DNA from: an uncultured Planctomycetaceae bacterium
GTDB lineage: Bacteria; Planctomycetota; Planctomycetia; Isosphaerales; Isosphaeraceae
Reading direction: 5' to 3'
Assembly (NCBI GenBank): GCA_963833985.1
Contig: CAWIAD010000002.1
Span: 896,001 to 960,000 of the forward strand
Length of the DNA: 64,000 nucleotides
Part shown: positions 51,045-60,198 of the stretch, one piece after another
Layout: each line of letters starts with the position of its first letter
Position numbering within the stretch: position 1 is the first letter of the stretch
The notes under the pieces: model-generated
What the model saw: only the letters and a program-made list of their open reading frames with translations
What the model was told of the DNA's origin: nothing
The model's database searches: none
Position numbers and translations under genes: made by a program

Positions 51045-52694
51045 CCGAGCCATCCGGCGCCGCGCTCCTGGTCCAGCACCTGGAAGCCCAGGGCGTGGAG
51101 CACATCTTCACGATTCCGGGGGCCAAGATCGATCGCGTGCTCGACGCGCTGGTTGAGTCGCGGTGCCGGGTGACCGTCTGCCGGCACGAGCAGAACGCGG
51201 CCCTGATTGCCGCGGGAATTGGCCGCATGACCGGGAAGGCCGGGGTTTGCCTGGTAACCTCCGGTCCTGGCTGCTCGAACCTGGTCACCGGGCTGGCGAC
51301 CGCAACTTCCGAAGGCGACCCGGTCGTGGCACTCGGAGGCGCGGTGCCCGTGGCGTCCCGGCACAAGCTGACCCACCAGACCCTCGATACCGTCAGCCTG
51401 TTCCGGCCCGTCACCAAGTTGAGCATCGAGATCGATTCGGGCCAGGCGATCTCGGAAGTTCTCTCCAGTGCCTTTCGTGCCGCCGAGTCCGGCAGGCCCG
51501 GTGCGGCGTTCGTCAGTCTGCCCGCCGACGTGATGAACGGCCCGACCCGGGCTGCCCTGCTCGCCCCCGCCCATCCGGCCCGGCTGGGACCCGGAGATCC
51601 CGAGACCATCCGGGAGGCTGCCCGCCTGATCGACCAGGCGCGCTGTCCCGTCTTGCTGCTCGGCATGCTTGCCAGCGAACCGAAGAACGCCGCGGCCGTT
51701 CGCCGGTTGCTGGCGGCGACGCCCCTGCCGGTCGTGTGCACCTTCCAGGGTGCGGGAGTGATTCGCGCGAGCTGCTTTCTTGCTTCGCCGGCAGAGTCGG
51801 CTTGTTCCACAACACACCGGGCGACCAGCTTCTGGATGCCAGCGACCTGGTGATCACCGTGGGCTTCAACCCGATCGAGTATGACCCCGACGCCTGGAAC
51901 CGTGGCAATCCCCGACCCATCGTGCACCTCGACGTCCTTGCCGCCGAGATCGACGCCGAATATCGCCCCAGCGTGGAGATCATCGGCGACATTGCGGACT
52001 CGCTCGATGCGCTTCGGCGCAGATCCACCCGGCGATTCGCCTGGAGACGCTGGACGTGCTGAGCGAGGTCTCCCGCAGCCTGGCGGCGATCAAGGAGCAG
52101 GGGTCTGCGCGCTCCGGCATGCCCGTTCATCCGCTCCGCCTGATCCATGAGCTCCAGAGCCTGGTCAGCGACGACATGACGGTGATCTGCGACGTCGGGT
52201 CGATTTACATCTGGATGTGCCGCTACTTTTACATGTTTCAGCCCCGCCGGTTCCTTGCCAGTAACGGCCAGCAGACCATGGGCGTGGCCCTCCCCTGGGC
52301 CATCGCGGCCTGCCTGGTGCGGCCGGGCGAGAAGGTCATCTCGATGTCGGGCGACGGCGCCTTCCTGATGAGCGCCATGGAGCTGGAGACGGCCGTTCGC
52401 CTGCAATGCCACTTCGTGCACCTGGTCTGGCGCGACGGGTTTTACGACATGGTGCGGATCCAGCAGCAGGCGAAATACGGGCGCGAGACCGCGGTGGCCC
52501 TGGGGCCCGTCGACGTGGTGCAATACGCCGAAGCGTTCGGCGCGACCGGGCTGGCCATCCACTCCAGTGACGACATCGGGCCAACGCTGCGCAGGGCCCT
52601 GGAGACTCCCGGTCCCGTGCTGATCGACGTGCCCATCGACTATCGCGAGAATTCCGGCCTGATCCAGGCCGTTCGCGGTGACGTCGTGAGTTGA
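51041..52694 (+). CDS. budB: Catabolic acetolactate synthase (BudB/AlsS type); frameshifts near 51763 and 52015
   Basis: IPGAKID, RHEQNA, TSGPGCSNLVTGL, GRVGLFHNTPGD, PIEYDP, DVGS, SNGQQTMGVALPWAI, SGDGAF; ATGA overlap with budA. Confidence 0.9.
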
Positions 52695-52857
52695 TCGCCC
52701 GTACGACTGCTACAACCCGCTTCACTCCTACCCGGTGGGCTGCGGCGCATGACGCATGCTGATAGCAGGGCCCTGGTCCGTCCGATCGACACTCATGGAC
52801 CCGGAGAGACCGAGCGGCCAGGATCGGCCGGCGGTCGGATGACCGTCCAGGAGGGAC

Positions 52858-54295
52858 ATGGTCGTGTCTCGAGCCCGATTGCGTCGTGAGTGTGCCTTCG
52901 TGGGGTTCTACCTCCTGCTTCTGGCCATGCCAGCAGTCAGCCGGGCGGAATCGCTTCAAGACGCCTGGAATGCCGCGCTGGCGGCCAACCAGGGCTTGCA
53001 AGCCACTCAGAACGGTTCGGCCTCCGCCCAGCGCGGGCTGGCAGCCGCAAAGGCCGAGCGGACACCGACGGTCACCACGCTCAACGCCTACACCTGGCTG
53101 AACACCTCGCCGACCTTCAAAAGCAGCCTCTCGTTGCCGGGCTCCTCCGCCCCACTCAATATCGCGTTCCCGTTCCTGAACCGGGAATTCTTCCTGAGCC
53201 TCCACCCTGGTGAACGTTCCGCTTTACACCGGCGGGCGGATCCTTGCCGGCATTGACGCGGCCGGTGCCCAGGCCGGCGCAGCACGCGCCGAGGAGTGCA
53301 CGGCGACCCTGGACCTGAAGCTGGAAGTGACCCAGGCCTACCTCAACGTCCTGCGTGTCGAGAAACTTCTTCGACTGGCCCGGACCAGCGTTACCAGCCT
53401 CCAGGCCCACGAGCATGATGTCAGCAACCTGTTCAGGGAAGGAGCGGCCAGGCGCTCCGACCTGCTCGCTTCCCAGGTTTCCCTGGCTCGTGCCCGGCAG
53501 CGTGTGATCCAGGCGAACAACGAACTCCAGACGGCTCAGGCCGCGTACAACCGGCTCCTGGGTAGGCCCCTGACGTACTCCACGCAACTCGAGGATATGT
53601 CGCTGCGGACCACACCGGGGCCTGGGACCGGCACCAAGCCTGCCAGGCCCGATGACCTTCCCGAAGCCTTGCCCAGCGCAGGGCGATCGCCCGATGCGGC
53701 GCTTGATCCCGGCGACGTCGCTGCCCGGGAAGCGGACATCGAACGCTTGACGACCATGGCTCTGGGCAATCGATCGGAGCTGGCTGCGATCACCAGCCAG
53801 GCAGGAGCGTATGCCGCCCAGGCTCGAATTGCCGAATCCGCCCACAAGCCTCAGGTAGGCGTGATTGGCGGCTTCACCCACATCTCGGACACGCACCTGG
53901 CCAGCCAGGATTACTGGTCGGGCACCATCGGCGCGGCGTGGCTGCTGTGCGACGGCGGCCGTGCAAACCGTAAGGCCGAGTCCCTCCGCTTCAAGGAAAG
54001 CCAGGTGCTCAAGCAACGCAACGAAACCGCTTCGCGCATCGCGTTGGGAGTGCGCTCGACCTGGCTGTCCCTGCAAAGCAGCCGCTCGGCGCTCGAGGTG
54101 GCGCGGACGTCGATCTCCCAGGCGGATGAGAACCTGCGTGAAACGCGGGAACGCTACCGCGAGCAAGTCGTGAACAATACCGAGGTGCTCGATGCCGAGA
54201 CCCTCCGCCTCCAGACGTACACCGACTACTACAATGCGTTCTACGCCGTGCTCCAGGACCAGTTCCGCCTGCGCCGGGCGGTCGGTGCCCTGTGA
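52858..54295 (+). CDS. TolC family outer membrane protein; extra base near 53200
   Basis: Signal peptide, SLQDAWNAALAAN, VPLYTGG, VTQAYLNVL, LCDGG, AEENL-like QADENL...ERY...EVLDAE. Confidence 0.85.
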
Positions 54296-54331
54296 TGCTG
54301 AGCATAACCTGGTGCGGAATTGCTGCTTCGT

Positions 54332-55444
54332 TCAGAGGAATGATCGGCCCAGGGTGACGTGCGAGATCGCACGGGCGCGGAGCAGGGCGGGCGAATCGCC
54401 GGCTCCCACGTTCAGCCGATGCAGGGAGTAGGGCTGAAAGGAAGTCGTGCCGGGGCGGTTGATACCCTCGCGTGCCGAGAATGCCAGGTGATAGCCGGCC
54501 TCGGCGGCAAGCTCGATCGTTCGCGCGGTGAACGTGCCTTCCCAGCCGAAAGGATAAGCCAGCGCTCTGATCTTCACGCCCAGCAACTGCTCCAGAAACT
54601 GCCGTGATGCCGTCAGTTCCCGCATCTGGGCGGCATCGTCCAGGTCCGCCAGGGCGCGATGGCTCTCCCCGTGCGACCCGATCGACATCCCCGCGGCTTG
54701 AAGCTGCTTGACCTGATCCAGGCTCATGAACAGTGCCTGTCCCTGGGCCGCTCCATCGACCTGGACCTCTGCGCGGGCTTCGAGCTGAGCCAGGAACCAG
54801 GGAACATCAGGGATCGCTCCGTTCAGGAATTCACCAATCACCGTTGCGATTCCCGCCGTCCGCTGGTCAGCACCTGCATCCGGTCCCAACTCCACGCGGA
54901 TGGAGCCAGGGTCTCCGGGCTGGCGGGGCAGTGTGAAGCCCGGCACCTGCGTCTGCTTGAGCACGCAGGCGACGTGGTCCCACCACGGCAGTTGTGGGTT
55001 CGCCAGCAGCCCCGTGGGCAGGAAGAACGCCGCGGGCACACCGGCGCGCCTGAGGATCGGCAAGGCAACCTCGAAGTTGTCACGGTAACCGTCGTCGAAG
55101 GTCACTAGCGCCAGCGGTTTTCCGGTTGCTGTGTTCGGGCGGAGAAGGGAATCCGTGCTGGGACCCGGAACCAGTTCGCGAAGCGCTTCCAGTCCCACAA
55201 CGTGATAGCGCGCGCCAAGCCAGCGAATCTGCGCCTCGAAGTTCTCAGGAGTTGCCGAGACCACGGGATCGTAGTAGAGGTTCGTAGCCGCTCCCGGCTC
55301 TGCAAGGCGGTGATAGGTCAGGACCACGAGCAGAGGCTGCCTGAGGGCAAGCTGCTCGAGCAGCCGGGTCAGACCGAGCGTCGAGCACGTCTGGGCAAGG
55401 AGCTTGCGCTTGTTGGCGATGCAATCGAGCAAGCGGCGAGGCAA
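54332..55444 (-). CDS. Polysaccharide deacetylase (CE4/NodB domain)
   Basis: VLTYHR, VTFDDGYRD, FFLPTG, IGSHGESH, LAYPFG. Confidence 0.88.
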   Translation of the reverse strand: MPRRLLDCIANKRKLLAQTCSTLGLTRLLEQLALRQPLLVVLTYHRLAEPGAATNLYYDPVVSATPENFEAQIRWLGARYHVVGLEALRELVPGPSTDSLLRPNTATGKPLALVTFDDGYRDNFEVALPILRRAGVPAAFFLPTGLLANPQLPWWDHVACVLKQTQVPGFTLPRQPGDPGSIRVELGPDAGADQRTAGIATVIGEFLNGAIPDVPWFLAQLEARAEVQVDGAAQGQALFMSLDQVKQLQAAGMSIGSHGESHRALADLDDAAQMRELTASRQFLEQLLGVKIRALAYPFGWEGTFTARTIELAAEAGYHLAFSAREGINRPGTTSFQPYSLHRLNVGAGDSPALLRARAISHVTLGRSFL

Positions 55445-55515
55445 CGGAAGCAGCCTCCAGCAGACGCGCCTGGGAAAAGGTGGGATAGACGACCGGATAC
55501 AGGTCCAGACCCGGT

Positions 55516-58500
55516 CTAGTCGTGCAGACTCGGGTCAAGTCCGATGGTTCCCTTCAGCGTGTCCAGGTATGCGGGAGCCGTCACGCGATCAAGCTCGGAC
55601 AGGGCAATCGCGCGTCGGCGCTCCAGCTCGGCGGGATTCTCCGACGAGAGGCCCGTCGCATACGCACGACATAACTCGATGTAGCGCAGATGGCGCTGCC
55701 AGAGTGCAATCTCGCTTTCCTGCCTGGACCGCAGCCGCTCGTGATACCAGTCGCTCGCGAGCAGGTCATTCATTGTGAACAGGCGGCGGATCTCCGGATC
55801 GTGAGCGTCCTTTCCCTCGAAGGCTCCCTCGGCCATGATCGTGAGCAAGGCTCGCAGGGGCGGGCAAGCGTCGTCGATCGAGCGATCCTCCAGGTACTGG
55901 GCCGCCACGCGCTGCTGGGCCTCGACGATATTCCGGATTCCGTCCACGAAAGCTTCCAGGTCCTGGATCTCGGGACGCAGCAGCTCGTCAGGAAAGACAC
56001 GGGCAGGATGATCGAAGATCCGGCCCAGGAACGTGCGCGCGAACTTGGCGGTGATGCGGTACCCCAGTCGGCTTGCCAGCACCCGGGCGCCGGCGTGCTC
56101 GAAGTCGGCGAGCGGCTCCAGGTAACCCTCGGTAATCAAGAACTCAGGGCGGCGCTCCTCAGGGCTCAAACGGCACCAGACCTCGGGGATGAGAAGGCTG
56201 ATGTCGTGGTCCACGCGCATCTTCGGGCCGATGTAGCCCGCGGCCGTGGAGAACCCGGCCAGGTCCGTCAGGATATACGACACGAGCGCGGCGTTGAGGT
56301 CGATGATCGGCCGTAGAGCGTTGAATGGCCCCTTGGTGAGCGCTCCCTCCGAACCGGCCCCGGTGGTGGACGGGCTCTTGCCGGTGAGCGAGCAGATGAA
56401 GTCCATGAACAGCTCGGGCAGCTCCTGGTAATGGATCGGGCCGTACACGGCCAGGGGACGGATACCCGCGGCCGCATCCGGCGGATTGTTCCGCCTTCCC
56501 ACGAGCACGGCACCGACCGGGACGAGCAGCGGTTTGTTGCCCGGAATCGACTGTGCCAGCCGCATGCCGCGCTCGGAGACATAGCGGGGGAAGGGATCGA
56601 GCAGGTCGGGACGCGTTTGCAGATAGCGGGGATTCTTGCTGGGCTTGCCGTCCACCAGACGTGGGGCCGCCGAGCATACGGCGTAGCCAGACTCCAGCTG
56701 CGCGGCGGTGCGGAGAAGCTGCTGCATTGGCTCAGTGAACTCGTCCAGCTCGGTGACGCGCTCGACCATCACGCGGACCTGCTCGCTGCTGAGCGGCTCG
56801 AAGTTGGAAAGAAAGTTGTCCGATCGTGCCAGATCGGCTTCCGTCTGGCGGTCCAGCCCGCGGTGAACGGCGTCATCGGGCCGCTGGAAGAGGCGTGACT
56901 CGCAGTTCACCGCGAACTTGTAACTTCCCGCCCGCGGGCCCGGCAAGGCCGGCTCGAGCCATCGGGCCGGAACCACCACCGACGCCGTGATGTCATCCTC
57001 CATCTGCACCTTCGCCGCGGGGATGAAATCTTGCCGCAGCTTGAACGTCCGCCAGCCCTGGGAAGAGAGCAAGCCCACGCGCAAATAAGTACCCACGAGC
57101 TGGCGGCCGAACGCCTTCAGCTCATGGCCCGGAAAGCCGTTGATGGTGTCGACACCGAACAGGTCCCGCCAGTGCCCGAGACCTTCCTCCGGGACGAAGC
57201 GCTTGATGATAAAAACGATCGGGTAGATGTAATTGGGAAAGGTCGCCAGCCAGTTGTTGTACTCCTCGGTATAGTCATCCGACGGGGTCAGCAGCTTGAT
57301 CACGCTGCCCAGCGAGCGGAGCGGGCTGAGCACCGGACGGCTGGCCCTGCGCGAGTAATCGGGCGCACACCCGGGCTTCCACCGGTCGGAGTAGTCGCGG
57401 TCGAAGATCTGCTGCACGAGCTCGAAATCCTTGTTCACATCGGCCACGAAGATCGGCCCGTAGATCATGTAGTCGCGCAGGCTCTTGGAGATCTCGCTCT
57501 TTCCCCCGCCGCTGACCGTGCACGGCTTGTGGCAATAGAGCCCCTCGGCGACCGTCCCGATCAGCCGCCAGCTCGCGGCGCCGGGATGTTTCTCCAGACG
57601 CAGCTTGTAGCCCGAGGGAGTCATGTACACCTTGTCGGGTGAAAGCGGTATGGCGGTTTCGCGGCCCTCGCGCGGCCACCATACCTGAAGCCGCGCAATA
57701 CTCGCCCGGGCATCGCCGGGAATGTACACGAGGTCCGGATACGACCGGTCCACGGCGTGACCTTGCGGCTGCATCTCGATGGTCTCGGGATTCTCGCGGG
57801 CGACCTCCTCCAGCGACCGTCCGTGGCCGCGATACCGCTCCGCCTCGAACTCGTAGCCGAAGGAATAGCTGGCGAAGGCCAGAGCGCCTCCGGAGTGCTC
57901 CTCCTCGACGTTGCCCATCAGGTTGGCGGCGAACGAGATCTGGGTCTTCACCTCTTTCTTGCAGTAGCCGTAATAGTTGTCCGCAATGAGGGTGACGATC
58001 ACTCCGGCAGCCGACCGGCAGGTGAGCTTGAACGCACTCCCCTCGTTGTACAGCTCGTCCGGCTGACGCCAGCACATCCCGTCCCGCTGCTGCCGCGCGG
58101 TGGCCTGGTCCCAGGCGGGCAGGCCAAGCTGCCGCTTGGTGAGCCGGGTGAGGTGGGGCGCGAGGATCACGCAGCCGGTGTGACCCGTCCAGTGCTCGAC
58201 GTCGAGCCCCGCGTCGTTCTCTGCCAGGTAAGGATCGCCGGCGTTACCGAAGATCGACTCCACGAAGTCCAGGTTGCTCACCAGGCTCCCCGGGACAAAG
58301 AAGTGGACCTCCATGGTCTTCTGAGCGCAGAGGCCCGGCACTTCCGGGCAGACGATCGGCCTGAGCAAGAGCGAGACGAACGTTCGCAGGGGCCGCGGCC
58401 TGTGTGCCGTGTAGGGCACGATCATGAGCTCGGACGGGGGTGCCACGGCATGGCGAAAGAGCCCGGCGAAGACCGGACGCGGCACGGCCTTCTTGTCGCC

Positions 58501-58896
58501 GGGAATCGGCAAACCTCCCTCGGCCACGTGAAATGTTCCCTGCGTGGTCCGGCGATCGCTGCGCGGGTTGTGCAAGACACCGTTGCACACGCGGAAGGAG
58601 GTGAGGTGGGGATTGTTGTAGCTGTCGGCGTCCTCGGGAATGGACAGCGCCCGGGCGATCCCGTGTCGGGGCAAGACCAGCGACTCGCTGGGCAAGCACA
58701 AGGGTGATTCCAGGTCCAGGTCGTCAAAGTGCTGGCTCAGATAGGCTTCAATCCGCCGGTCGGCCGGACAGCGCTCTCCGGTGCGATGCAGGAACGGGCT
58801 GTCGCCCGCGTGCCAGGCCGCTTCCCTGCCGCGAGCCACTGATTCCCGGTGCGGCTGTCCATCCGAGGTGATTCCCAGCGCGGTCTCGAGTCTCAT
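55516..58896 (-). CDS. Pyrophosphate-dependent phosphoenolpyruvate carboxykinase (PPi-PEPCK)
   Basis: About 1126 aa; GVLHNPRSDRRTTQGTFH, NLDFVESIFGNAGDP, ADNYYGYCKKEVKTQIS, EEEHSGG, HKPCTVSGGGKSEISKS, TGKSPSTTGAGSEGALTKGPFN; ATG after GAGGAAG. Confidence 0.85.
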   Translation of the reverse strand: MRLETALGITSDGQPHRESVARGREAAWHAGDSPFLHRTGERCPADRRIEAYLSQHFDDLDLESPLCLPSESLVLPRHGIARALSIPEDADSYNNPHLTSFRVCNGVLHNPRSDRRTTQGTFHVAEGGLPIPGDKKAVPRPVFAGLFRHAVAPPSELMIVPYTAHRPRPLRTFVSLLLRPIVCPEVPGLCAQKTMEVHFFVPGSLVSNLDFVESIFGNAGDPYLAENDAGLDVEHWTGHTGCVILAPHLTRLTKRQLGLPAWDQATARQQRDGMCWRQPDELYNEGSAFKLTCRSAAGVIVTLIADNYYGYCKKEVKTQISFAANLMGNVEEEHSGGALAFASYSFGYEFEAERYRGHGRSLEEVARENPETIEMQPQGHAVDRSYPDLVYIPGDARASIARLQVWWPREGRETAIPLSPDKVYMTPSGYKLRLEKHPGAASWRLIGTVAEGLYCHKPCTVSGGGKSEISKSLRDYMIYGPIFVADVNKDFELVQQIFDRDYSDRWKPGCAPDYSRRASRPVLSPLRSLGSVIKLLTPSDDYTEEYNNWLATFPNYIYPIVFIIKRFVPEEGLGHWRDLFGVDTINGFPGHELKAFGRQLVGTYLRVGLLSSQGWRTFKLRQDFIPAAKVQMEDDITASVVVPARWLEPALPGPRAGSYKFAVNCESRLFQRPDDAVHRGLDRQTEADLARSDNFLSNFEPLSSEQVRVMVERVTELDEFTEPMQQLLRTAAQLESGYAVCSAAPRLVDGKPSKNPRYLQTRPDLLDPFPRYVSERGMRLAQSIPGNKPLLVPVGAVLVGRRNNPPDAAAGIRPLAVYGPIHYQELPELFMDFICSLTGKSPSTTGAGSEGALTKGPFNALRPIIDLNAALVSYILTDLAGFSTAAGYIGPKMRVDHDISLLIPEVWCRLSPEERRPEFLITEGYLEPLADFEHAGARVLASRLGYRITAKFARTFLGRIFDHPARVFPDELLRPEIQDLEAFVDGIRNIVEAQQRVAAQYLEDRSIDDACPPLRALLTIMAEGAFEGKDAHDPEIRRLFTMNDLLASDWYHERLRSRQESEIALWQRHLRYIELCRAYATGLSSENPAELERRRAIALSELDRVTAPAYLDTLKGTIGLDPSLHD

Positions 58897-59277
58897 GAGC
58901 AGGGGCTTCCTCGACCATCGGGTCATGACGCCGAGGCGAGGGGCAACCGCACCTGCCAGCCAGCGCTTGGAGTTGGTCTCCTAGAGCTAGCATAATCGCT
59001 CCTGGAAATCCATCCTGCGCGGGGCCTCTTCGGCATGGAGACGGCTTTGGACCCCGGTCCGCCTGACGGACGAGATCATGGAAAAAGCTCCGGAGCCTGA
59101 CCCAGGCGCACATGCCTGCCACCGGAAATTGATCAGGCCCGGAGCTGGTTCACACAGGGACGCCGTCAAGCTGGCAACAACTCGCCCGGCGTCGCCCGGC
59201 AGATCGATGGTGACTCATGGCTTGGCGCCGTGGCCCTTATTGTTTCCCGGGCACGCCCGGTTGATGGTGCTTTTTTC

Positions 59278-59365
59278 CCTAAATTCCGCTTCATCGCGCA
59301 GCCAGTGCCCTGGTCCGCCACGGCGCATGCCATCCCGCTGGCCGGCGACTTAAAATCCACTTCAT
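59278..59365 (+). promoter_or_regulatory. Two copies of an OmpR/PhoB-type direct-repeat box
   Basis: CCTAAA-N5-CTTCAT (59278-59294) and CTTAAA-N5-CTTCAT (59349-59365); the 20-mers starting at 59280 and 59351 match at 17 of 20 positions. Confidence 0.55.
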
Positions 59366-59484
59366 CTCGCCGATCGCGCTCGCTCCCCCCCGGCGAATAT
59401 GGTCCAATCCAGGTGTACTCGGATTGCTCAGGGGCCGCGGGCAGCAACAGGCCGAGGCCGGCAAACAGGGCGTGGAGTATTCGG

Positions 59485-60198
59485 ATGAATTCCGGTCCGA
59501 TCAACCGCATCCTGGTTGTCGAGGATGATCCCAGCCTTGCCGAATCCGTCATCACCGGCTTGCTGGATGAAGGGTTCGCCGTCGAGCATGCCCCGGATGG
59601 AAATACAGCCTGGCAGACCATCCGCGCAACGGGCTGGGACCTCGTGATCCTGGACTGGTGGCTTCCCGGTAAGGACGGCCTGTCGATCCTGAGGCGCTAC
59701 CGCGATGGCGGTGGTGACAGGCCCGTGCTGTTTCTTACCGCGCGTGATGCGGTCAGCGACCGGGTGGAAGCCCTCAACGCCGGCGCCGATGATTATCTGT
59801 GCAAGCCTTTCGCTTTCGAAGAGCTGCTGGCCCGTGTCCGCGCCTTGATCCGCCGCCATCGGGAAGACAGCGGCATGGTGCTGGCCTACCGGGACGTCCG
59901 GGTTGACCTGGTGGTCCAGCGCGCCGAGCGTGCCGGCCATCCGCTTGAGCTGACTGCCAAGGAGCTGGGACTGCTGGCCTTTTTCATGAACCATCCGGGA
60001 GAGATCCTGTCGCGGACGCGGATCTACGGCCAGGTCTGGGGCGAAGACTATGACTTCATCTCGAACACGCTTGATGTCCACATCAAGGAGCTGAGACGCA
60101 AGCTCGAAGCCCGCGGTCCGCGGCTCATCCACACCCTGCGCGGCCGGGGATATCTCCTCGGAGAAACACCGTCCCAGGCCGCGGAGGAAAAACCATGA
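59485..60198 (+). CDS. OmpR/PhoB family response regulator
   Basis: ILVVEDD, ILDWWLP, FLTAR, GADDYLCKPF; winged helix LTAKE...SNTLDVHIKELRRKL...TLRGRGY. Confidence 0.93.
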   Translation: MNSGPINRILVVEDDPSLAESVITGLLDEGFAVEHAPDGNTAWQTIRATGWDLVILDWWLPGKDGLSILRRYRDGGGDRPVLFLTARDAVSDRVEALNAGADDYLCKPFAFEELLARVRALIRRHREDSGMVLAYRDVRVDLVVQRAERAGHPLELTAKELGLLAFFMNHPGEILSRTRIYGQVWGEDYDFISNTLDVHIKELRRKLEARGPRLIHTLRGRGYLLGETPSQAAEEKP

